Shown one piece after another: positions 1 through 9,219 of a stretch of DNA of 43,463 nucleotides. The notes beneath the pieces are model-generated. The model worked only from the letters and a program-made list of their open reading frames with translations, did not search any database and was not told the origin of the DNA. The stretch comes from a virus (taxonomy: Duplodnaviria; Caudoviricetes), in the IMG/VR virus record IMGVR_UViG_3300020045_002735, positions 1 to 43,463 of that record. One strand, written 5' to 3'. Every line of letters starts with the position of its first letter. The stretch's first letter is position 1. Both the position numbers and the translations under genes were made by a program.

Positions 1-260
1 AAATTTTTCCCCCATTTTCAAAATAAACGTCCTATAGTTTTATGAAATCACTGCACAAGTTTTTAACAGAAAATAATTGTACCGAAAACGAGATAGAAAA
101 GATTTTAACATATCTTATAGCTATTCGTATAACAAAAGATTATCTTTGGTACAAGGCAGTTGCAAATAATAAATCTATACTATTTCTTTTAGGGGGTTCA
201 AAATAAGTAAAAATCGGAATTTTAACCTGGTGCAGAGCGTCCAGATAAATTTGAAATAAA

Positions 261-404
261 ATGTCTAGATTCATCCCACCAAAGAAGCCGGTGTCTCCTT
301 TCGGAGAGCCAAAGAAGTATCCAGATGCCAAATATACAATTCCTTTGTGGATTAGGCTGTTCTGTATCGGTATTTTAATTGGCCTGGTAGTGGCTGTCAT
401 TTAA
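261..404 (+). CDS. Small membrane protein, 47 aa (MSRFIPPKKPVSPFGEPKKYPDAKYTIPLWIRLFCIGILIGLVVAVI)
   Basis: Translated by hand; A-rich start context; C-terminal hydrophobic helix; TATCTTTG -7-like element at 141-148 upstream. Confidence 0.6.
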   Translation: MSRFIPPKKPVSPFGEPKKYPDAKYTIPLWIRLFCIGILIGLVVAVI

Positions 405-407
405 CCC

Positions 408-457
408 ATCCCATTCTCAAAGCGATAAGAAAACGAGCAACGAGGTGGGATTTTTTG
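408..457 (+). terminator. Terminator-like hairpin with U-tract
   Basis: ATCCCAT-T-CTC (408-418) pairs with GAG-GTGGGAT (442-451), followed by TTTTTG; the loop is long (23 nt). Confidence 0.45.
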
Positions 458-480
458 TTATGTAATTTAAAACTTGAAAT

Positions 481-612
481 ATGGCAACAAAGAAAAAAGG
501 CTTGAAAAACAAAAAAGCCAAGTACATCTACCGAAGTGCTGTAAATGGAAGAGTCGTGACTGAAAAGTTTGCGAAAGATAATCCTGATATTACAGTGCGG
601 GAGAAAAAGTAG
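481..612 (+). CDS. Small basic protein, 43 aa (MATKKKGLKNKKAKYIYRSAVNGRVVTEKFAKDNPDITVREKK)
   Basis: Hand translation; resembles the widespread tiny R-S-A-x-x-G-R-x-V-T...A-x-x-N-P-x-x-T-V-x-E protein family. Confidence 0.75.
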   Translation: MATKKKGLKNKKAKYIYRSAVNGRVVTEKFAKDNPDITVREKK

Positions 613-690
613 CCACACAGCTTCTTTCTTGAGGGTTTGCTACTGCGACTTGAGAAAGAAGTTTATTATTAAAAAATCAAATTTTACGAT

Positions 691-873
691 ATGAGCCCTA
701 AAGAATTTTTAGAAAGCAAAGGTATTATTTTTTCAGAAGGAAAAGAAAACTTAATATTAACTATGGAATCTGGAAAAGAGCACAATATTTGTGAATGGCT
801 TAAAGAATACGCTGAAATAAGAACCTGTGAAGATTCTGCTTGTTCAGAAAGAAATGCAAACTTTGACTCTTAA
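691..873 (+). CDS. Hypothetical phage protein (60 aa)
   Basis: ORF track; A-rich start context. Confidence 0.6.
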   Translation: MSPKEFLESKGIIFSEGKENLILTMESGKEHNICEWLKEYAEIRTCEDSACSERNANFDS

Positions 874-910
874 TATTCCAAAAAGTTATCCACCAGTGTT
901 AATAACGTTA

Positions 911-942
911 TTTGGTGGCATTATATACATATCTTATATTTG
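911..942 (+). promoter_or_regulatory. Bacteroidota primary-sigma promoter for the terL/head operon
   Basis: TTTG (911-914), 20 nt, TATATTTG (935-942) matches the -33/-7 consensus. Confidence 0.75.
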
Positions 943-1021
943 TGTTCCGGGTTATTGAGTCGGTTGCCGGTACACTCCAACACTTTGGAACCTGCGCAAG
1001 GCAGCCGGCTTAATAAAACGG

Positions 1022-2257
1022 ATGAAGACTTCAATAATATATAGAGAGACTTTAAGAGAGTTAAGATATGGAACTCGCCGTATTCGTCACCAAGGAGGTA
1101 TGGCAGCGGGAAAGACAGTAAACATTTTAGCGGCTCTCGCTACAATGTGTGCAGAAGATGAAAACCCTTCCGTATCCACAGTTACATCAATGAGTATGCC
1201 TCACATGAAAGGAGGAGCATTGAGAGACTTTGAAATGTATGTCTACGGTACATTTAAGAACGATATTAAGAAATACCATAAAACAGACCACCTCTTCACT
1301 TTTCAGTCTGGCTCGATATTAGAATTTAAGGTATTTGAAAATGAATTTGCAGCAAGAGGTCCAAGAAGAAAAAGACTATTTATAAACGAAGCAAACAGGT
1401 TTGATTTTATGACCTATTTCCAGTTGGATGCAAGGTCAGAACAGACAATAATTGACTACAACCCTACACTTCGATTCTGGGGACACGACCTTGAAGCCGA
1501 CCCAGATACAATTTCTTTTTTCTCAGACCATAGACACAATCCTTTTTTAACCGAACAGAAACACCGTGAAATAGAAGCTCTTTGTACATTTGCTTATGAT
1601 GAGTATGGCAATATGCTTTTCAAAGATGAAGAAAAGAAAGAGCCTGTTGTTTTAAAAGGTAGCTTGGAACTTTGGAAAGTTTATGCTCGTGGATTAACAG
1701 GAAATATTACTGGAATTATCTTTCCAAACTGGGAATGTATTGATGAAGTTGATTTTCCAAAAGCCAAAGAACAAGATTGGACTTTCAGTATCGACTTTGG
1801 ATATACAAACGACCCAACTGCAATAGTTAAAATTTGTAAAATTGGAAACACCCTTTTTATAAAGGAGTTAGCTTACGAGACAGCAATGTCTGAAAGAAAA
1901 ATAAAGGACATCTTAGTAGCTAATGGCTACAACGACAATATGGTTCTTTATTGTGAACACGACCCAGATATGATTGCTGCTTTAAGAAATGTAGGTATAT
2001 TGGCAATGCCAGCAAGGAAAGGGCAGGGAAGTATAAATGCTGGTATTAAGTTAATAAACACATACGATGTTAAGTATCCTAACACAAGCAAGAATTTGCA
2101 CACTGAAAGAAGTTTGTATATATGGGAAGTAGATGAAACTCATATTGTTGATGGAAAACCAAAGACAACAAATATTCCAGTTGATAGAAATAATCACCTT
2201 ATGGATGCTGTGAGATATGGTGTTTATACAAAGTATTTGAGAGCTGAACTAAAGTAA
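1022..2257 (+). CDS. terL: Terminase large subunit (PBSX/Terminase_3-type)
   Basis: Walker A QGGMAAGKT, Walker B LFINEAN, DYNP motif, nuclease motifs IDFGYTNDPTA and NNHLMDAVRY. Confidence 0.93.
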   Translation: MKTSIIYRETLRELRYGTRRIRHQGGMAAGKTVNILAALATMCAEDENPSVSTVTSMSMPHMKGGALRDFEMYVYGTFKNDIKKYHKTDHLFTFQSGSILEFKVFENEFAARGPRRKRLFINEANRFDFMTYFQLDARSEQTIIDYNPTLRFWGHDLEADPDTISFFSDHRHNPFLTEQKHREIEALCTFAYDEYGNMLFKDEEKKEPVVLKGSLELWKVYARGLTGNITGIIFPNWECIDEVDFPKAKEQDWTFSIDFGYTNDPTAIVKICKIGNTLFIKELAYETAMSERKIKDILVANGYNDNMVLYCEHDPDMIAALRNVGILAMPARKGQGSINAGIKLINTYDVKYPNTSKNLHTERSLYIWEVDETHIVDGKPKTTNIPVDRNNHLMDAVRYGVYTKYLRAELK

Positions 2258-2267
2258 ACCCGGAAAA

Positions 2268-2459
2268 ATGTTTAATAATAAAAAACCAGAAATTCCTTAC
2301 AAAGAAAGTAAGGAATTTCTTGACCGTCAACAGAGCATTGATTATCTGCTCGTTCTTTCAAAACTTTTTCTTGAAACTCAGACCATTACTGATATGGAAA
2401 AAGAAATAAGAACTGAATCTGGAAAGCAAATTCAGAAAATATTAGAAAAAATTAAATGA
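2268..2459 (+). CDS. Hypothetical protein (63 aa)
   Basis: ORF between terL and portal, ATGA-coupled to the portal gene. Confidence 0.6.
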   Translation: MFNNKKPEIPYKESKEFLDRQQSIDYLLVLSKLFLETQTITDMEKEIRTESGKQIQKILEKIK

Positions 2460-3931
2460 GCAGTCAACTAATTCTTGCTGAAAAGAAAGCCTTAGCTACC
2501 AGAAATGTTGATATGTCTGGTTCAAATAGTATCTTCGGAACTTTAGGTTCTGGGGCTTTTCCTATTTTATCAAGAATGGATTTTATTCCTACTGATGATA
2601 AAGGCGGAACAATAAGTCTTACTGGTGAAGGAGATTCAATGAATCCAAGATGGGTTGGTCTCGATTCTGTTCAAATGAAATTTTGGGCTTATGTTTATTG
2701 CTCTCCACTTGCATCTGTTATTGACCGTTTAGCAGAAGCAGATACAAATGGAATAGTCCAATTTGTTGATGCAGACAATGGAGTTCCTATAAAAAACGTA
2801 AACAAGATTCCAAAATTATCTCGGATACGTTCATTATTGAGGAAACCAAATCCTTGGCAAACATGGGAAGAATTTGAAGGTGAACAAGTAGTTCTTTGTA
2901 AAATATTTGGATATTGTCCTGTATTTGCAATAGGAAATAGAAGTCTTGACAGGTCTTATACAAAAGCATTGGTTAACCTTAATCCTGTTAGTTGTAAACC
3001 AGTTGCAAACACAGAATTTAATATTTTTAAAAGAGACTCTCAAATAAAACATTGGGAACTTTCAGTCGGACACGGAACAACAGTAACCATAGAATCTGAA
3101 GATATTTTACTTATAAAAGATGGTTTTGTAAGTAAAGGTCATTCTGATATGGGACTTCCTTTATCAAAGGTTCACGGAATGGACTTCTTTGTTTCTAATA
3201 TTTGTGCTGCTATGGAGGCTAATAATGTTATCCTCAAAAAGAAAGGCCCTCTCGGTGTATTCTCTTATGATGCACCTAAAGATATTGCAGGTGTTATTCC
3301 AGCTAAACCAGAAGATAAAGATTCGTTGCAAGCTGATTTGGCAAGATATGGTTTAACAATGGGACAGTTACAATATGTAATTTCCAAGATGCCTTTAAAG
3401 TGGAACGCAATGTCTTTCAACCTGAGAGACTTAATGACAAAAGAGATTATCCGTGATGGTATAGATGGAATATGTGATAGATTCGGTTACCCTGCTGAAC
3501 TTATGAGTGGAAAGAACGCCACTTACGAAAATCGTTCATCTTCAGAAAAATTTCTTTATCAGAACAATATCATACCATTTACCTTGAGGAGAATGACAAG
3601 GTATAACCAATTCTTTGATTTGGAAAATGTTTTACTGCAAAAAAGTTATAAGCACTTACCTGTATTACAAGAAGATATAGTTAAAGCAGGTGAAGCATCT
3701 TTAGCAGAAGCAGAAGCATTACAGATAGAGTGGGAAATGGGACAAATAACTTGGAATCAGTGGCAAGTTAAAAGAGAAAGAGATGCTGTTCCAGGAATGG
3801 ATATTTATTATCCTGATTATATTAAGAAGTATCCCGATATGAATAAAAATAAAGTTGCAGCACCTGCTGTTAAAACAAAAAACAAAGATGAGAAAAAAAC
3901 TTCATCCAAAGATTCTGGAACTAAGGAGTAA
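2456..3931 (+). CDS. Portal protein (HK97 family)
   Basis: LLRKPNPWQTWEEF, ICDRFGYPAELM and ATYEN motifs; position after terL. Confidence 0.9.
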   Translation: MSSQLILAEKKALATRNVDMSGSNSIFGTLGSGAFPILSRMDFIPTDDKGGTISLTGEGDSMNPRWVGLDSVQMKFWAYVYCSPLASVIDRLAEADTNGIVQFVDADNGVPIKNVNKIPKLSRIRSLLRKPNPWQTWEEFEGEQVVLCKIFGYCPVFAIGNRSLDRSYTKALVNLNPVSCKPVANTEFNIFKRDSQIKHWELSVGHGTTVTIESEDILLIKDGFVSKGHSDMGLPLSKVHGMDFFVSNICAAMEANNVILKKKGPLGVFSYDAPKDIAGVIPAKPEDKDSLQADLARYGLTMGQLQYVISKMPLKWNAMSFNLRDLMTKEIIRDGIDGICDRFGYPAELMSGKNATYENRSSSEKFLYQNNIIPFTLRRMTRYNQFFDLENVLLQKSYKHLPVLQEDIVKAGEASLAEAEALQIEWEMGQITWNQWQVKRERDAVPGMDIYYPDYIKKYPDMNKNKVAAPAVKTKNKDEKKTSSKDSGTKE

Positions 3932-4679
3932 GGTTGGTTACAAGCCAATCTACGAATTTCGTCCAAATGCAAAGGCTATGGAGGCTATTGCTATTGAGAC
4001 AAGGTCTCCAAAAGTGTCTGATGAAAACCCTCGTTTAATCAAACAGTATTTTTGCGTTTGGGGTGTTCCTGATGATTATGGTACAAGACCGATAAAAGGT
4101 TTTTCAAAAAAATCTATTCAGGAAAGAGGCCCAGATACTAATGCTACAAATAAAATAGTAGTGTTAAACCAGCATGACCAAAGAAATCCTCTTTGCATAC
4201 CAAAAGTTTTAAGAGAAGATGATATTGGTTTATATGGAGAATATATTCCTGATGAAGGAATTGCAAGTAATGATGAGTTAGTTATTCGTGTAAAAAAAGG
4301 GACTATAAATAACGGTTCTTACGGATTTAACTACTTGTGGGACAAGATGGAATACAATGAGAAAGATGATTGTATTGATATGTTTGAAGCAGAGATTCAT
4401 GAAGTATCTCCTGTTACATTGGGTTCTCAAGGTGGAACATTTGTTGTTCGTGGAAAGGTTTACGATGAAGAGTTGGAAATAGAGACAGAAAGATTTATTC
4501 GTTCTTTTCCGAGAAAACAACAGCTTGAAATGAGAAGTTTAATCACTCGCCATATATCACTTGCCGAAATGCAGCAGCCGCTTGAGGAAGTACCAAAAAG
4601 CACTGGGGCAAAACGCAACAAGCCGAAGCAACGAAAGATTGACTTGGGATTATTAACAGAATTATTGGAAGAAATCTAA
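3888..4679 (+). CDS. Prohead protease (HK97/S78 family); start moved to ATG 3888
   Basis: VLNQHD, LREDDIGLY, GSYGF and IHEVSPVT motifs. Confidence 0.88.
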   Translation: MRKKLHPKILELRSKVGYKPIYEFRPNAKAMEAIAIETRSPKVSDENPRLIKQYFCVWGVPDDYGTRPIKGFSKKSIQERGPDTNATNKIVVLNQHDQRNPLCIPKVLREDDIGLYGEYIPDEGIASNDELVIRVKKGTINNGSYGFNYLWDKMEYNEKDDCIDMFEAEIHEVSPVTLGSQGGTFVVRGKVYDEELEIETERFIRSFPRKQQLEMRSLITRHISLAEMQQPLEEVPKSTGAKRNKPKQRKIDLGLLTELLEEI

Positions 4680-4688
4680 AACTTTAAA

Positions 4689-6143
4689 ATGAAAAAGAAA
4701 TTGTTGGACTTTACTAAAGTCCATTACTTCCAGACGCAAAAAGGATTTGCTCCCGAACTGCGTATGAGACACAACAGGGGAGCACAGTTCCGTACAGGCG
4801 GTGGTGAAGGAGATGATGATGATGATGATGAAGAAGAAAGCAAAGAAGAAAAAGCCTTGATGAAAAGGATTTCTTCTATCATCAAAAAACAAATTGGAAC
4901 AAGAGCATCTAAAGAAGATGTTCAGGGTGTTATTGACCAGTTCAGGGCTATGAACACTGTTACCAATGAAAAAGGTAAGGAAGAAGAAAAGCCTTTCCCT
5001 ATTGAAGCACTTCGTGAAATGGCCGATGAGTCAAACGGTGTAATGAAGAAGCTGGTTGATATGGGATTGGAAATCCAGGAAATGAGAGCCAAAGCTGAAA
5101 AGCAGGTTAAGGCTATGGACATTCGTTCTCAGGTTATGGCATGGAGAGAAGCAAATGCTGACAAGATTGCAAAGCCTGGAGAAAAACAAAGAAAGGTTGA
5201 TTTTCCTGAAATGGTGTTAGACCTTCGTGCTGCAACTATGCACGCATCTACATTTAATTCAGGTTCGTCCCCTTACATTGGCCGTGTTGAAGTAGAAGCT
5301 GGAATGAACTCCATCCTTCGTTTCGACAATACCTTCTGGGATTATATCCGTAAAGGAAGAACCGGTGCGCCTACTTATGTGTGGGTAAACCTTGTTGCTG
5401 GAGATGGTGCAGCAGCCTTTATCGGACCTGGCGTTGCTAAACCTGGTATTGATATTACAGCAGTTGCCGAAACAAGTAATGCAAAGAAAATTGCCGACAG
5501 TGCTAAAGCCGGTACTGAAATTTTGCAGGATATTGATGGTATGGTTGACCTTATCGAAGGTGAATTGAAAGCAAAGATCTACATCAAGTTGAATGAAACT
5601 TTGATGGCTAATTCTGCTGGTTCATCTACAGTTCCTGCCGGTGTTCGTTATTATGCACAGGATGTTGCTGGTGCTGCATTTACTGCCGCATTTGCAGAGT
5701 TGAAAACTACAAATCCAAACAATTACGATGCCATCCGTTCTGCAGTTGCTGCATTACGTTCTGGTGTATTGCGTGGAAAGATTACTGTTTTCGCAAACGG
5801 TATAGATCTTGCAAATATGGATATGGCTAAAGCATCAGATTCTGGTGTTTACATTTTACCTCCATTTACAACTTCAGACGGAAAGAAAATCGGTGGTGCA
5901 ACAGTTGTTGAAGACCAGAACATTGCCGTTGGTTCATTCCTTGCTGTATTCCTGGATTACTATGTAATCAAAATCTACCAGGATTTGGTTGTTATGTGGG
6001 GTTGGGAAATGGATGACTTTACCAAGAACCTTGTTACCGCTATCGGTGAGATGAGGTTGCACCAGTGGGTAAACAGCATCCATACTGGTTTCGCATTCTA
6101 CGATTCTTTTGAAGATGTGAAAACAGCTATCACCCAAGCATAA
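4689..6143 (+). CDS. Major capsid protein (HK97 fold) with N-terminal scaffold/delta region
   Basis: Position; acidic and coiled-coil N-terminus; GPGVAKP, KKIA, GVYILPPF...GATVVED and DDFTKNLVTAIGEMR motifs. Confidence 0.9.
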   Translation: MKKKLLDFTKVHYFQTQKGFAPELRMRHNRGAQFRTGGGEGDDDDDDEEESKEEKALMKRISSIIKKQIGTRASKEDVQGVIDQFRAMNTVTNEKGKEEEKPFPIEALREMADESNGVMKKLVDMGLEIQEMRAKAEKQVKAMDIRSQVMAWREANADKIAKPGEKQRKVDFPEMVLDLRAATMHASTFNSGSSPYIGRVEVEAGMNSILRFDNTFWDYIRKGRTGAPTYVWVNLVAGDGAAAFIGPGVAKPGIDITAVAETSNAKKIADSAKAGTEILQDIDGMVDLIEGELKAKIYIKLNETLMANSAGSSTVPAGVRYYAQDVAGAAFTAAFAELKTTNPNNYDAIRSAVAALRSGVLRGKITVFANGIDLANMDMAKASDSGVYILPPFTTSDGKKIGGATVVEDQNIAVGSFLAVFLDYYVIKIYQDLVVMWGWEMDDFTKNLVTAIGEMRLHQWVNSIHTGFAFYDSFEDVKTAITQA

Positions 6144-6204
6144 TTTTAAAATCCAATATCCTGTAGTTTAGTAAAACTTATTATTCAAACTTTAATTTTT
6201 TAAA

Positions 6205-6621
6205 ATGAAAAATTTGTTTATATTGTTAGTTTCAACTTTGCTGTTGTTGACTCTAACAAGTGAAACGCAAGCACAAGGAGTTGCGTTTTCCAAAACAGCA
6301 AGCAATCCTACTGGTGCTATTACTAACACTGGTATTGATACGGGAACTTATGTATTCACAAAAGGATATGAAAGAATTCTGTTTAACAGTACTTATACAA
6401 GAGCAACTGGGACTGCTGCCGGAACTTTTATTTTAGAGTACAAAATCAACTCTTCTGACAATTATAAGTCTGATGCTGGTGATACTCTAAGCCTTACAAA
6501 CGTAGCAAGTCAAACATTGTACTGGAACAAAACAGTTCCTGCACGATATTGGCGAATACGAACTGGTGGTGGAACAACAGTCACAGCAACGGTAGTTAAC
6601 AGAGCACAGGTAGTTAACTAA
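6205..6621 (+). CDS. Signal-peptide-bearing small beta-sandwich protein, possible head decoration
   Basis: MKNLFILLVSTLLLLTLTSETQA|Q signal; beta-rich body with GTFILEY...RYWRIR; directly after the capsid gene with no terminator between. Confidence 0.7.
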   Translation: MKNLFILLVSTLLLLTLTSETQAQGVAFSKTASNPTGAITNTGIDTGTYVFTKGYERILFNSTYTRATGTAAGTFILEYKINSSDNYKSDAGDTLSLTNVASQTLYWNKTVPARYWRIRTGGGTTVTATVVNRAQVVN

Positions 6622-6635
6622 TTAAAAAATTTACA

Positions 6636-7193
6636 ATGCCTAATATAGTAAATCAGTCATTTTTTGTTGAGCCTATTGATTTCCCTAACTTGACCCATCC
6701 GGCCACTTTAGAGAAGCTCACAAACCAAATAAATAAGTATGAACCACAGTGTCTTCGTAAGATACTTGGATATGCATTATTCAAGGTTTTAACAGAAGGC
6801 TCTCAAAGAATGACTGACTTACTTGATGGCGCTGAGTATACTGATGGTAGAGGAGATTTACAAAAATGGAATGGTTTGGCTTACGAACAAGAAGACACTC
6901 CAATTAGCCTTATTGCAAACTACATCTATTACCATATTAAGGAAAACGAAGCGTCTAATACAGGCCCAAGTGGAACTGTTGTTACAACACCAGCAGCAGG
7001 AACGAATGTATCTCCTGCACAAAAAATGGCAACTGCATGGAATTTTTTCTCTGACGAGGTTTATTCTATGACCTGCTTTTTATGGTTAAAGAAAGATATT
7101 AATGGAGCAAGGGTTTATCCTGAGTTTACATATCATCAATTTTTAGAAACAAGGAGAATATCCAGAAGGATTGACTCTGTATTTTCACTTTAA
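6636..7193 (+). CDS. Probable head-tail adaptor/connector
   Basis: Position; helical, with LRKILG...LF and LIANYIYYH patterns typical of adaptors. Confidence 0.6.
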   Translation: MPNIVNQSFFVEPIDFPNLTHPATLEKLTNQINKYEPQCLRKILGYALFKVLTEGSQRMTDLLDGAEYTDGRGDLQKWNGLAYEQEDTPISLIANYIYYHIKENEASNTGPSGTVVTTPAAGTNVSPAQKMATAWNFFSDEVYSMTCFLWLKKDINGARVYPEFTYHQFLETRRISRRIDSVFSL

Positions 7194-7195
7194 TT

Positions 7196-7744
7196 ATGCC
7201 AATAGAAGAAGTTTTTGTAGTTGATGTTTTAGATTCTGTTGTTGATGCAATGGTAGTACCTATTATAGGTTCTGCTCCTGCAGCAAACTGGAGTATCAAC
7301 TTTGAACCGGGCTTGAACTTTCAAATCATTGAGGCTCTAAAAGCAAAAGACGGAACTACTTATGGAGGATTAAAGTACCCATTAATAGCAGTGGTTATGC
7401 CAATACCAGAAAGAAACAGTGGTTCGGGTTTCTGGGAGGTTACATTTCCAAGAATTGTTTTTGCATACTTAACAAAATCTGGTAAAAACACAGAGTTTGT
7501 AAAAGATAAATACAGTTCAACAGGAGTGTTAAAAGAAATACTTCGACCTGTTTTCAGAGAGTTTATGAATAGGTTGGCTTGGTCAACTTTTACAAATATG
7601 GGAGACCCTGATGCCTACGAGTATACATATAGAGAGTTGTTATCACAACAACAGTTATCAGACCAACTCCCTAATGACTTTGTGGAAATAATAGAAGTAA
7701 CGAACTTGAAAGTAACAATTTTCTCTCAAATTAAAACTTGTTAA
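7196..7744 (+). CDS. Probable neck/tail terminator protein
   Basis: Position before the major tail gene; KYPLIAV motif. Confidence 0.5.
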   Translation: MPIEEVFVVDVLDSVVDAMVVPIIGSAPAANWSINFEPGLNFQIIEALKAKDGTTYGGLKYPLIAVVMPIPERNSGSGFWEVTFPRIVFAYLTKSGKNTEFVKDKYSSTGVLKEILRPVFREFMNRLAWSTFTNMGDPDAYEYTYRELLSQQQLSDQLPNDFVEIIEVTNLKVTIFSQIKTC

Positions 7745-7747
7745 ACA

Positions 7748-8683
7748 ATGAGTGCTATAGTTAAAGCCTGTAACATCACTAACACTCCCAAAAACACTGG
7801 GAAGCAATGTGATACAGCAATGGTTGCAACTGCTATGTTGATTGCAGTTCAATCAGGTCTCACTTTTGACCAGGATGATTTGGACGACCCAGTCACCTGG
7901 TTAACATCGCTTATTCATGCGAAGACAGCGTTTCCTCTTTTTGGCCAGAAAGCCCCTATTCGTGGTATTACGAACAATAAAGAGTCTGACTCTATCGTAA
8001 CCCTCGATGATGGTCTGCAGGTGTTTCTGCGTTACGGCCTTTACAACAGAATGTTTGAGACTACAAGCGGTGGCCTTTGCTACGCTGAGGCTCTTGCAAG
8101 CCTGTTGAACAGTGGTTACGATATTATCGAAATTGACCAGCAAGGACAGATGTTGTTCCGTGACAACAAAGATGGTACATACAGTCCGTTAATTACAGAC
8201 TTCATGTACTCACCTTCTCCAACTCTGGCTGATTTTAAGAGTACGCCTTACAAAAACCATTTTGCTTACAGTTTTTCACCTATCGAACTGGTGAACAACG
8301 GCGTTATCTTTAAAGGGGCAACTGCGCTTCTTTCAATGATGGGCCTACAAGATGCTAAGATTACTGATGATGGTTCATCAACAACAACAATTCTTAAAGT
8401 TGGTGTTGAAACAACCTGTTCAAAAGCAAATCTTTTGCCTCCTAAATTTACTGAAGCACAGTGGGAGCAAACTGATAATTTCCGCATTGAAAATGTTGCA
8501 TCATTAGGAACTGCTATTGTTCCATCGGCAGTCAACCTTGTTGGCGACCATTTGGAATTAGTTGGTGTTTATCCTACAGGTGATACTATCCGTGTATGGG
8601 GTGCAACTCCTGCAGTATGGTTATCAAATGGAATTGAAGGATATGATGCCAGCGATAACTACGTTGACATTGTAATTCCTTAA
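7748..8683 (+). CDS. Major tail (tube) protein
   Basis: Position and size; NTGKQC N-terminus; high-expression codon style; followed by a terminator. Confidence 0.7.
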   Translation: MSAIVKACNITNTPKNTGKQCDTAMVATAMLIAVQSGLTFDQDDLDDPVTWLTSLIHAKTAFPLFGQKAPIRGITNNKESDSIVTLDDGLQVFLRYGLYNRMFETTSGGLCYAEALASLLNSGYDIIEIDQQGQMLFRDNKDGTYSPLITDFMYSPSPTLADFKSTPYKNHFAYSFSPIELVNNGVIFKGATALLSMMGLQDAKITDDGSSTTTILKVGVETTCSKANLLPPKFTEAQWEQTDNFRIENVASLGTAIVPSAVNLVGDHLELVGVYPTGDTIRVWGATPAVWLSNGIEGYDASDNYVDIVIP

Positions 8684-8709
8684 TATTCGTTTTCGTAGAT
8701 TTGGACTTC

Positions 8710-8748
8710 CCCGATAGCCTATCTCCCGTAAGAGATGGGCTTTTCGGG
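8710..8748 (+). terminator. Intrinsic terminator after the major tail gene
   Basis: AGCCTATCTC-ccgtaa-GAGATGGGCT then TTT, extendable with CCCGA/TCGGG. Confidence 0.75.
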
Positions 8749-8760
8749 CGAAAAGAAGTT

Positions 8761-9219
8761 ATGCCACTAGATAATCTTTCAAAAAGAATAAAGGCTCTTC
8801 AAGTTTTTGATATTGAAAGAGAAACCATATCTATAATTAATGAGTATGGGTGGTACATATCAGCTTTATTGAGGACTCAACTTCAAGAGGGTAAAGATAT
8901 GTTTAATGAGCCAGTTACTATTTTTGGAAGAGATTATTACAAGGACGCTACTATTTTTAATAAAGAAAGAAACGGTGTTGGTCTTGGAAAACAAACTGAA
9001 TTTATAACAAACTACGATTCAGGTGCTTTTTATATGTCTTTAAAAACTGTAGCAAAAGGAAGGGCTTTTATTACAGAAAGCAATGTTCCTTATTTTGATG
9101 ATATTATAAGAAGAAGTGGTGATAAGATAATGAAGCTAAATAACAAGCATTTAGGAGAATTTAGAAACGAAATTCTTATTCCAAAATTAAGAGAAAGATT
9201 TAAAGCATACTCAAGATAA
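8761..9219 (+). CDS. Putative tail completion/neck protein; start moved to ATG 8761
   Basis: The upstream part of the called ORF is the terminator hairpin; YDSGAFY motif; position. Confidence 0.55.
   Translation: MPLDNLSKRIKALQVFDIERETISIINEYGWYISALLRTQLQEGKDMFNEPVTIFGRDYYKDATIFNKERNGVGLGKQTEFITNYDSGAFYMSLKTVAKGRAFITESNVPYFDDIIRRSGDKIMKLNNKHLGEFRNEILIPKLRERFKAYSR

Noticed and set aside
140-618. Minus-strand ORFs 140..400 and 397..618
   Set aside because: Antisense shadows of better plus-strand small ORFs (261-404 and 481-612)
4812-4838. (GAT)n/(GAA)n microsatellite as a phase-variation tract
   Set aside because: In-frame triplets encoding the acidic linker of the capsid scaffold region
7860-8350. 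Higher-GC stretch in the major tail gene as a foreign insert
   Set aside because: Same C-ending codon bias as the capsid gene, consistent with high expression
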